IMG/VR virus record: IMGVR_UViG_3300027969_000050
Span: 64,001 to 128,000 of that record
DNA: 64,000 nt
Origin: a virus
Strand: one strand, 5' to 3'
The stretch's first letter is position 1, and each line of letters opens with the position of its first letter. The position numbers were made by a program, and so were the translations under genes. Below, piece by piece: positions 17,775-26,176 of this stretch. The notes under the pieces are model-generated. The model was not told the DNA's origin. It saw nothing but the letters and a program-made list of their open reading frames with translations, and searched no databases.

Positions 17775-20700
17775 TCACAAACCGCTTTCTTTCCAGTCGA
17801 ACACGCCTGACGTTCTTCCCAAAGCCAAATTGAGAAGTTTGTCTCGTTCGTTGATCGAAGGATCGCCAATCACCTGACCCATAAGGCTCTCAAGAATTTG
17901 TCCGATCTCTGGGCCTCGAGGAACGCCAGCCTCAATTAAATCTTGGCCGTTGATTGCCAACTGAGAAAGATCAGTCGGCTGCTGCTGCTGGCGCACTTGA
18001 TCCACAAGGCCGCGCTGAACCTCGTACTCGTTGTCATCAAACGCATCTTGCCCTTCGCCCTTCGCCGCTTGATCAGCCCAGCGCAGGTTCAGCAGATCAT
18101 CTGCGTGCGGCTCGACCCGATTTAAAAATTTTCTTGCGCCCTTCTCCGAGTCAAACGGGGCAAACATATGGTGCTTTACGAGGTCCGAAACCCGATCAGT
18201 CCTGTCCTTCGGGTACCTCAAACGGGTCATTGCGTCCCTAGTCATTTCCTCACCGACGAGTTCGTGTTGCTGACCTATTGTGCTTCCGTCAGGCAGGCGC
18301 TTCTGGTAGTAATGGTTTGTTCCTCGCTCTGGATTCACCCAAGCGGATGCGGGCTTGCCAATATCGTGGAGCAAACCGGCCAAACGGGCATCTGGGTCAT
18401 CAGTTTTCTGACTGATTCGGTCAAGCACGTCAAGCATATGCTCGCCAAGTTCTAAAGCGTGGTGCGGATTGTTCTGGTCGTAGCCGAACGTTGCATCGAC
18501 CTCAGGCAAAATATATTTAAGTACGCCGCTGTCGTGGGCCAAACGGATGGCGCCGACTGGGTCGTCCGAAGAAAAAATTTTATCCAGCTCTGCTTGCACT
18601 CTTTCGGCTGGGAGATGTTGGAGGCTTGCTGCCGCCTCAGCCATTTGGGCAATCGTTCCCTCGTCAGGGTGAAGGCCATGCCGACCCTTAGCCACAAGCG
18701 CCCTAGCAACCCTGAGCGGATCCTCGCTTAGCGACTGGTCGTGGATTGTTCTTAGTCGCCCACCTGCGATGTCCTCAGCGCCATTGTGCGGATCAATAAG
18801 TTCGCCCGTTCCTAGATTGACGGCCATCGCATTCGCTGTGAAGTCACGCCTCAAAAGATCTTCTTCAGGCGAAAGGGTGTGGTCGGCATCAACAGAAAAA
18901 TCCGTGTGCTTGTCGCCAGTTGACTGTTCGTGGCGAGGCAGCGCGATCTCGACCTCCTCACCGCCCTGCTTGTAACGAAAGACGCCAAAATCTTTTCCTG
19001 TGTAATCAATGTCTCCACCCAGTGGAGCTAAAACCGAATCAATATTTTCTTTTGGAATACCAGAGACCATGAGGTCAATGTCCTTCGGGGTCTTGCCCAT
19101 GATCGTGTCCCGGACCGCGCCTCCAACTGCGTAAACCTGCCCACCAGCAGCCATAAGCGCTTCAACAACGGGCTGAATAACAGGATTGCTTGCGACAATT
19201 TGCCTTACCGACTGTCCCACATTGTCCTCAGCGGCTCCGAAGTGAAACTCGTCTCCGCCCTGACCTCGCGCCCTTCCACGGAGGCCTCCGCCCGGTTGTA
19301 GGTCCGGCTGACCCAAGGCGCGATTGATCATTTCCACCTGATCGGGGGTTGGGTTTCCATAAAAACTGATCTTCTGATCCTCTCTTGGCGGACCCGAGGC
19401 GTGACTATTCGGGGGCCAAGTTACTCGACCACTGAGAAAGGTTCCTTCCTGAAGGGCTTTCATCCAGAAAGTGATTGCGCTGGCGCCATCCCCATTCAAA
19501 AATTTATTTCTGAATTCGGAATCCTGCGAGAGCATCTCGTAGTGATAGCCACCGGGCGGTCCAAAATAAACGGCGTTGTCCTCCGGGAGATAGAACCAAG
19601 GGGCGTCTAGTTCAGGACTCTTGTGAACTTCGTTGGGCTGGAACTTGATGTAAACGACTTTTGGAGGATTCAGTTCGTCAAATGCCCCGAAACGAAAATC
19701 TTCTTCTTGCTCATCCAGAACCTCATCCGCAGGAAAAATATTTCTTAGGGCGTCGTTGACTCCCGGAGCCGGTTCCGTCAGACCTTGATTGTCGGAGTTT
19801 GGAAACGAATCTTCCCAACTAAAATTACCTGAATTTTGCCAATACTCGCCTCTGCAAGGATCGCCCGCCGCAATCAAATTTTCTCCAACGTTCTCAGAGA
19901 GTCCCATAGGACGACCCACCCTTGGAATATCAAACTCGTTTATAAGGTCCTCGTGATACTGACCGCGAAGGCCAACGTAAAGCGCATTGGCGGAAGGCCA
20001 ATAGATAAACGGAATTCGGTTTTCGTGGTAGTCCATTCCTTTCCTATTGTGTTCTTCATTCTGAGATATGAAAACCGTGACGCCTTGCCTAGTTCTATAG
20101 GTGCCAGCGGCTCCGAAACGGAAGCCCTCATCTTCTTGAGCCGGATCAGAAAAAATATTTATTAGCGCGTCGTTGAGTCCTGCTTCTGGTTCGGTGCCTT
20201 CATCGTTGAACCACTGAAGGGAGTCGTAGCTTGGTGGAATAAAACTTCCGTCACCCGGAACGCGGCGCCAATACTCGCCGTGTGTGTCAGGCCCAAAACC
20301 GCCGCGTAAATCGAAATCGGCTTCCGTCCAAGCCCCCCGAATGTCGAATTCTTCTACAAGGTCGTCGTGATACTGGCCAAAGACGCCAACATAGAGCGCG
20401 TTATTGACAGGGCAATAAATAAATGGCGCCCTGTCCTTGTTGAAAACCCTATGTTCATCTGGATCTTGTGATATCAAAACATCGGTGCCAAACTCAGTGG
20501 CCGCCCCGAAATGAAAGTCTTCAGGGCTTTCGCTTTGCCTCAAATCATCTAGATCAGCAAGCGGATAGTCGGGCAAACCAAGCGCTTCGCAGATGGCTGG
20601 AGCCAATGCCGCCGCCTCTGGGTTATTGGGATCAACAAAGTCGGGCATCAGGCGGTCAAACCTCGTCCAAAAAGAAAATCTTGGCGCGTCCTCGAGTCCG

Positions 20701-23700
20701 GCCTCCCTAAGAGCTTTTTCAATGATCACATGATGGATGTCGGGAACCGAGCCAATCCAAATTTGTCCCTGCTCAGGCAAAACAATTAGGGAGTAGCCTC
20801 CAAGCTCATCTCCTTCCCTAGGAATAATTATTCCTTTGTTCGCACGGCCCGTGCCGACAACTCGACCATCATCATCAAGCCAAACGGGAGTTAATTCTGT
20901 CGAGGATCCAAAGTGGAATTCTGAGGCTCCTCCGCCAACAAGGCCATTCAAAGCAGTAATCATTTCCGCTTGGACGCTTTCGGGGACTCGGCTGCCATAA
21001 AACACCAAGTCATTTGGCGGCGAGAACCTTCCAAAGAAATCATAAGACCCGTACTGATTGACGACGCCTCTAGGAAGCTTATTTGTCATTTCGTTATGAA
21101 AGCCGTCTTCCCTTCCAATAGCAATGCTCCATCCATCGTGCCGCGTCGCGTCAGGGTTCATCTCGAGATAGCGCCGTTCTTCTTCGGCTGGGACGCCGAA
21201 CCGCTCTTCGATGTTTATGTCTAGGGTTCCTTCGTCCCAAGCAACAACAGGGTAAAGCTTGTCCATACCTGCACTCGGATAAGGGGTACTCTCCAAATAT
21301 TCTCCGTGGCTTGGATAATCGGGATCCGCCTTGGCGCCCCTGAGGTCAAGCAGCTCGACATGGCTTAAGATGGCTCGAGATTTTTTCTTTGCGCCCTCAT
21401 CATCTCCTTGGCCTTCTTCGCTAAGATTTTTTAATTCTGAGATGTCGGTTGGCTCTTCAGGAATGATCATTGGTCCGCCCATTGATTTGGGGCAAGGACC
21501 GGGCTTGTGATTGAAGCCGCATTCCTCACAGGCACCAAATTTTAAATCCTCTTCGTCAAGCTCAACACGCACTTGTTCGCTCTTACGACGGAACTTATCA
21601 AGCACCTTTTGGATGCGCGAAGTTGACTTTTTTCCTCCAGAGAGAAAATCGGAGTTCCGGATACCACTTTCATTTTCATTTTCGAACGAATTCACCCAGT
21701 TTCTAAGGATATTTGCGAAGATCGGGGCGTCAAGTTCATCATCTTTGGCAAATGCGTTTGCCTGACTATCGGCAGGTTGGGCAGGTTGCGTATCAGAGAA
21801 GGAAAAGTCAGGATCCCCAAGGAAATGATCAACAATTCCCTCGCCTCCTTGCGGATCAAACGCCTCCCAGCCTGTTCCAAAGGGCTTGTTGTCTGCTCCG
21901 AACTTAAAATCTTCTTGCTCCCACTGCTGGCTAATGTCAAGATTGTCGATAAAGGCCTTGATATTAGAGGGGATCGGCTGTTCATCATAAGGCGGGCGCA
22001 TCCAATCAACCGGACCAAATTGACTTTTCCTTCCTTCCCACGCAGCTCCGTCGATTGCGCCCAAAGTCAAATGCGAGTCCCAAGTGGTTCCAACTTGAAC
22101 CGTGTTGCTTTTTGGCCAATAAATAATCGGACAGTCGCCTCGAGGATCGGGCGCACCGCCGCCGGTTGATTCAAAGACGACCTTTGGCTCCTCTGAAGCG
22201 CCAAATTTAAAATCTTTGGGCGTTCCAAAGAACTCATCAAGCTTTGCTTCGCAAGCAGCCTTCTCTGATTCGGATAAATTTTCCAGACCAGACCCCCACA
22301 GTTCGCCATCGTATCGGCACTGAGCAACAAAAGTAAGATCTTTGTTTACATCCACCGCTCTGTTAGGAATGTCTGAGTGGTAGGCCCCTTCAGCTCCGAT
22401 ATACATATTGATTAGGCTTGCTGGCGCCCATTCGGAACTTTGGTCCAACAAGGCATAAATATAAACTGGGTGGGACACGCCACCACCCTCATCATCATGT
22501 TCAGATCCGTAGTCGGATTCCTTGATTAGATCGATGACATTGATCTCTGGTTGCTCTGCCGCTCCAAACTTAAACCCGGGAGTGGTACCCAAAAATTCAT
22601 CCAGACTATTTTGAATGTCTTCACGAAGCATGGGATCACCATCAGCAATAAAATCGCGTCCATGAGGATAACGCAGAAGAGGCAAAGTTGAGATATCCAC
22701 CCCATCAATCTCTGCTCGTTTTGCGACCTCACGGAATTTCGGATCCCCCATAATTTCTTCGTGATAGCCATTTGGCCTACCGACGAAAACTTCGTATTTT
22801 ATATCGCCCTCCCAAGGATGTCCTACCGGAACAATTATTATTGGCCAATCGGTTCCACCGGTATCGATTCTTTCGTTGTGGTCTCCGTGAAGGTCACGGA
22901 CTCCAGTCAGGTCAACCACCTCAACAAAATTAGGAAGCGAGCCGCCTTCGTCTTCTAAGACCGAACCGAACTTAAACCCGGGATCCGTACCCAAAAACTC
23001 GTCCAGATCCTTTTGGATGTTTTCCGGGACGTATTGGCGTCCAGACGGGTAGCGACTGTAGCCGACCTCTTCGTACCACTTCCGTGAAAAGACATCAGAA
23101 CCGGACATGCGTTTTTCGAACTCGGGATCCTCTTCTATTTCAGTATGGAAGCCGTTTTCTCTGCCAACAAAGACGGTCCAGCGATTTCCTACTGGAACAA
23201 TAATTATTGGCCAGTCAAAGGATCTAGGTTGCTTGCTTGGTTCGTCCCCGACTTCAGAAATAAAAGCGTCGTGGCCACCGAAGCGATCATCCATTTCGGT
23301 TAGGTCGATGATCTCGACATCCTCATTAGAACCGAATTTAAAATCGTCTTGAACTCCGAGGGCCGACTTTACCGCTGAATCAAATTCGACTGTCCATCCA
23401 TCGGGGTACCCCCGGCCAGCGGAGCCATACTCATGCTCGCTGCCCAAAAGCATCCACTGGGTAATTGCATCGTTTACACGAAATAAAGCAACTTGATCAC
23501 CGTAAAAACGATCAACATACCTTGCTCCTCCGGGAGAGGCGATGCCACGCGCAGTAAGTACCGTCATCACATCTTCATGGAAATCATCATAACTTCCAAT
23601 AAAAGCCCTTGTCTCCGTCGGGCCTAAGATTGCTATTCCGGGTCGATCTCCGGTTCCATGCGAACCGTTAAGATTTGCGTCGTTGGCGTCTGAGGTATCA

Positions 23701-24248
23701 AGGATTTCTACTGAGACTGGGACGGTCTCGATCTGTGAGCGCAACCTGCCATCAGAACCAAATTTAAAATCTTCTTGTGCGGGACCCATTACTGGCGCCA
23801 CTCGCTGTAATTCTGACTTGACTGCTGATTCAAATTCGGGAGGTGGACGTGGAATTTCCACAGTGTCCGTCCAATCACTGGAATTGTTCCCGTACCAATC
23901 CTCAATAGTTCCATCAGGATAAACCCGGAAACAAACAACCGGGCCAAGATCGGAAGAGAAAGCGCGAAAGTCTCCCGGCTGTTGGGTCAGAATTCCCTGA
24001 GCTTCCAATATGGCAATTAAGTCATAATGAAATGCTTGATATTCGCCAATGAAAACCTTTATCTCCGTCGGGGCAAAGATCGCTACTCCGGGGCGGTCTC
24101 CGGTGTCGTGCGTTTGCCACGAGTCATAATGCCTTGACTCTGAGGTGTCGAGAACCTCAACTGAAATTGGAAGCGAGTAATTCAGAACCCGCGTCACACC
24201 GTCAATGTTGGTCCAGCCGTCATTGTCAAATTCGGTTAGGTCGTCCAC
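17775..24248 (-). CDS. 2157-aa polyprotein-like protein: 12 F-x-F-G-delimited modules and a C-terminal CCA-adding enzyme with HD domain
   Basis: C-terminal ~487 aa has class II NTase motifs VGGAVRD..DID, RRDFTANAMA, EDPLR and ERVQAE, plus HD motif LLHDIGK; 12 [FL][KHR]FG[AS] motifs upstream. Confidence 0.9.
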   Translation of the reverse strand: MDDLTEFDNDGWTNIDGVTRVLNYSLPISVEVLDTSESRHYDSWQTHDTGDRPGVAIFAPTEIKVFIGEYQAFHYDLIAILEAQGILTQQPGDFRAFSSDLGPVVCFRVYPDGTIEDWYGNNSSDWTDTVEIPRPPPEFESAVKSELQRVAPVMGPAQEDFKFGSDGRLRSQIETVPVSVEILDTSDANDANLNGSHGTGDRPGIAILGPTETRAFIGSYDDFHEDVMTVLTARGIASPGGARYVDRFYGDQVALFRVNDAITQWMLLGSEHEYGSAGRGYPDGWTVEFDSAVKSALGVQDDFKFGSNEDVEIIDLTEMDDRFGGHDAFISEVGDEPSKQPRSFDWPIIIVPVGNRWTVFVGRENGFHTEIEEDPEFEKRMSGSDVFSRKWYEEVGYSRYPSGRQYVPENIQKDLDEFLGTDPGFKFGSVLEDEGGSLPNFVEVVDLTGVRDLHGDHNERIDTGGTDWPIIIVPVGHPWEGDIKYEVFVGRPNGYHEEIMGDPKFREVAKRAEIDGVDISTLPLLRYPHGRDFIADGDPMLREDIQNSLDEFLGTTPGFKFGAAEQPEINVIDLIKESDYGSEHDDEGGGVSHPVYIYALLDQSSEWAPASLINMYIGAEGAYHSDIPNRAVDVNKDLTFVAQCRYDGELWGSGLENLSESEKAACEAKLDEFFGTPKDFKFGASEEPKVVFESTGGGAPDPRGDCPIIYWPKSNTVQVGTTWDSHLTLGAIDGAAWEGRKSQFGPVDWMRPPYDEQPIPSNIKAFIDNLDISQQWEQEDFKFGADNKPFGTGWEAFDPQGGEGIVDHFLGDPDFSFSDTQPAQPADSQANAFAKDDELDAPIFANILRNWVNSFENENESGIRNSDFLSGGKKSTSRIQKVLDKFRRKSEQVRVELDEEDLKFGACEECGFNHKPGPCPKSMGGPMIIPEEPTDISELKNLSEEGQGDDEGAKKKSRAILSHVELLDLRGAKADPDYPSHGEYLESTPYPSAGMDKLYPVVAWDEGTLDINIEERFGVPAEEERRYLEMNPDATRHDGWSIAIGREDGFHNEMTNKLPRGVVNQYGSYDFFGRFSPPNDLVFYGSRVPESVQAEMITALNGLVGGGASEFHFGSSTELTPVWLDDDGRVVGTGRANKGIIIPREGDELGGYSLIVLPEQGQIWIGSVPDIHHVIIEKALREAGLEDAPRFSFWTRFDRLMPDFVDPNNPEAAALAPAICEALGLPDYPLADLDDLRQSESPEDFHFGAATEFGTDVLISQDPDEHRVFNKDRAPFIYCPVNNALYVGVFGQYHDDLVEEFDIRGAWTEADFDLRGGFGPDTHGEYWRRVPGDGSFIPPSYDSLQWFNDEGTEPEAGLNDALINIFSDPAQEDEGFRFGAAGTYRTRQGVTVFISQNEEHNRKGMDYHENRIPFIYWPSANALYVGLRGQYHEDLINEFDIPRVGRPMGLSENVGENLIAAGDPCRGEYWQNSGNFSWEDSFPNSDNQGLTEPAPGVNDALRNIFPADEVLDEQEEDFRFGAFDELNPPKVVYIKFQPNEVHKSPELDAPWFYLPEDNAVYFGPPGGYHYEMLSQDSEFRNKFLNGDGASAITFWMKALQEGTFLSGRVTWPPNSHASGPPREDQKISFYGNPTPDQVEMINRALGQPDLQPGGGLRGRARGQGGDEFHFGAAEDNVGQSVRQIVASNPVIQPVVEALMAAGGQVYAVGGAVRDTIMGKTPKDIDLMVSGIPKENIDSVLAPLGGDIDYTGKDFGVFRYKQGGEEVEIALPRHEQSTGDKHTDFSVDADHTLSPEEDLLRRDFTANAMAVNLGTGELIDPHNGAEDIAGGRLRTIHDQSLSEDPLRVARALVAKGRHGLHPDEGTIAQMAEAAASLQHLPAERVQAELDKIFSSDDPVGAIRLAHDSGVLKYILPEVDATFGYDQNNPHHALELGEHMLDVLDRISQKTDDPDARLAGLLHDIGKPASAWVNPERGTNHYYQKRLPDGSTIGQQHELVGEEMTRDAMTRLRYPKDRTDRVSDLVKHHMFAPFDSEKGARKFLNRVEPHADDLLNLRWADQAAKGEGQDAFDDNEYEVQRGLVDQVRQQQQPTDLSQLAINGQDLIEAGVPRGPEIGQILESLMGQVIGDPSINERDKLLNLALGRTSGVFDWKESGL

Positions 24249-24456
24249 ATCAATTAAGGCTGCGCTTTAGGCTAAAACCAACCAACTTGGGTTAATCAGC
24301 CTCGACCCATTCCTGTTCAGATAGCTTCACAAACAGGTAATCAGCACCATCTGAGGTCTCTACTTCAAACGGCGCGTAGCGAGCATCGCACTCGCAAACT
24401 AAGACAACTGTGTTACCGGACTCTCCAGCAATGTATATCTCCATTTACGGAAGATA

Positions 24457-24696
24457 TCAGGGCAAAAGAGCGCTGTCAATACCGTGAGTCGAAAAGTCTG
24501 TATCAACGTATCCACGAGCGCGGGCTTCTGTGACGGCAAGAAACTCTTCGTACACAGCGTCTCCAGTGTGATTGAACATCGCTCGGTCGTAAGCGTCGCC
24601 CTTGCTCTGGAACTCACGAATGACCTGTAGCAACTTGATGTTGCCCATTGCTTTGTAGTTGCGTGGCCTTTTGCTTAGGTATGTCATAATAGACAT
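24457..24696 (-). CDS. Hypothetical protein
   Basis: TGC-TATAAT directly upstream (leaderless type); start uncertain. Confidence 0.55.
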   Translation of the reverse strand: MSIMTYLSKRPRNYKAMGNIKLLQVIREFQSKGDAYDRAMFNHTGDAVYEEFLAVTEARARGYVDTDFSTHGIDSALLP

Positions 24697-24722
24697 ATTA
24701 TAGCACAAACAAAAGTTGGATA

Positions 24723-26174
24723 CTAGCGCGGCCCCATAAACGGATCGCTGATGTCTGGTCTAGGGGCAAGCTGACTGGACGGCAAAATGCACTCTACGAA
24801 GTGAGGCTGAAGCTCGCCTGACTGATGAAGCGGGAAGTGAACAGTCACCCAGTCTAGGGTGGGGTCGTAAGAAAAAACTTTTCCAACCGAGTTAGGGCCA
24901 ACCAGAACCATCTCGCCGGTACCGTTCCCCGGCGCCCCACCAACAGCAGCGCCATACTCGCCATTCCAATTCTGAGCATCTCGTGGCGGAAGGAGCTGAA
25001 CGACATCCTCCTGATTAAATATTTTTTCTCCCGCCGCAGTCCGAACATGCGTGTAGGTTTTTCCAAGAACCCTTGACAAGGCACCCGGCATATGAATATT
25101 TCGCCCGCCAGTTTGGTCATCGGCCTTGGGTTGAGAGAACGGAAGCTCTAGTTGTTCTCCGGGCTGTCCGGGCTGATCTGGGATAACGTCAAACTGGTCG
25201 CTAGGGTTAGCCATAGGATTAGTGCTTTGTCCCTGACCGCGACTTGGAGACGGCTTGGGAACCTGAGCAGGCTGGCCCGTAAGCTGCTCTGGAGCGCCAT
25301 TAGGCTTGCCAGAGGGGGCGGAAGGGGCAGACGGGGCGGAAGGTCCTGCGGGACCCATAGAAGGTCCAGTGGGCGAGGTAGGAGCCGAGGGGGCGCCCGG
25401 AGCAGCGCCACCCGACCCTCCGCCATCGATCTCTTCCTTATCAACGCCCTTCGGAACACCACCGCCTGTTCCGACCTCATTTGTTGGGCCGCCTCCACCG
25501 GGAGCCTGACCGACGCCCTTATCGAACAACTGACCCTGCTGTACAGGCTGGGTTTTCTTCATTCCACGAGGCATCTGACCGTGGATATTGGGGTCGTAAT
25601 CGTCAATTGGCGTAGCCATTGCCTGCCACATAGTTGCGATAACGTGAGAGCAAGAGCGGCCTTCTAGATACTTCCACTTACGGGTACGTTGAAATGCGTA
25701 CTGATCCCAAGGACACTCGCAAGTCCACTGAGTAATCGCCATTGAGTTTGGGTCGTCACGACTGATCGTACACTCGTACTCGCCGTGATCGCCAGTGACA
25801 TTTGAGACGACGACATTCCAGCCATTCCGGAGGATCGTCACCTGACCATTATTTTTTAGACGGACGGCTTTGGCTTTGACGTCATCCCAAGTTGCCGTTC
25901 TAGAATTATCGAAAAGGGTGAAATGCGCCCTGCGATAACCAAATGGCTTTAGATCCTCGTAAACGATCTGCTCAGCAAGATGGCGATCATCATGGGATCC
26001 GCCCTCAGACATAATTACTGCCTGCCCTGCCGGACCTTCCCACCAGCTAACCCTAGTTGAGCCAAGGGTTTGGAACTTAGGCGGCAGGTCTTTTGGCTGA
26101 GAACCTATTGCTAGGCCGACATAATCTTCGAACCAAGTCTTTTCTTCTTGGGCGGTAAGGACGCTCCAAGACAT
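24723..26174 (-). CDS. SWIM-type Zn-finger protein with Pro/Gly-rich linker
   Basis: WTCECPW.QY..QR....LEGRSCSH. Confidence 0.7.
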   Translation of the reverse strand: MSWSVLTAQEEKTWFEDYVGLAIGSQPKDLPPKFQTLGSTRVSWWEGPAGQAVIMSEGGSHDDRHLAEQIVYEDLKPFGYRRAHFTLFDNSRTATWDDVKAKAVRLKNNGQVTILRNGWNVVVSNVTGDHGEYECTISRDDPNSMAITQWTCECPWDQYAFQRTRKWKYLEGRSCSHVIATMWQAMATPIDDYDPNIHGQMPRGMKKTQPVQQGQLFDKGVGQAPGGGGPTNEVGTGGGVPKGVDKEEIDGGGSGGAAPGAPSAPTSPTGPSMGPAGPSAPSAPSAPSGKPNGAPEQLTGQPAQVPKPSPSRGQGQSTNPMANPSDQFDVIPDQPGQPGEQLELPFSQPKADDQTGGRNIHMPGALSRVLGKTYTHVRTAAGEKIFNQEDVVQLLPPRDAQNWNGEYGAAVGGAPGNGTGEMVLVGPNSVGKVFSYDPTLDWVTVHFPLHQSGELQPHFVECILPSSQLAPRPDISDPFMGPR

Positions 26175-26176
26175 GA

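Noticed and set aside
19236-24248. FxFG motifs as nucleoporin-like FG repeats or phage-nucleus import signals
   Set aside because: The motifs occur once per apparently folded domain, not in Ser/Thr/Asn-rich disordered spacers, and no chimallin or tubulin gene is visible in the window
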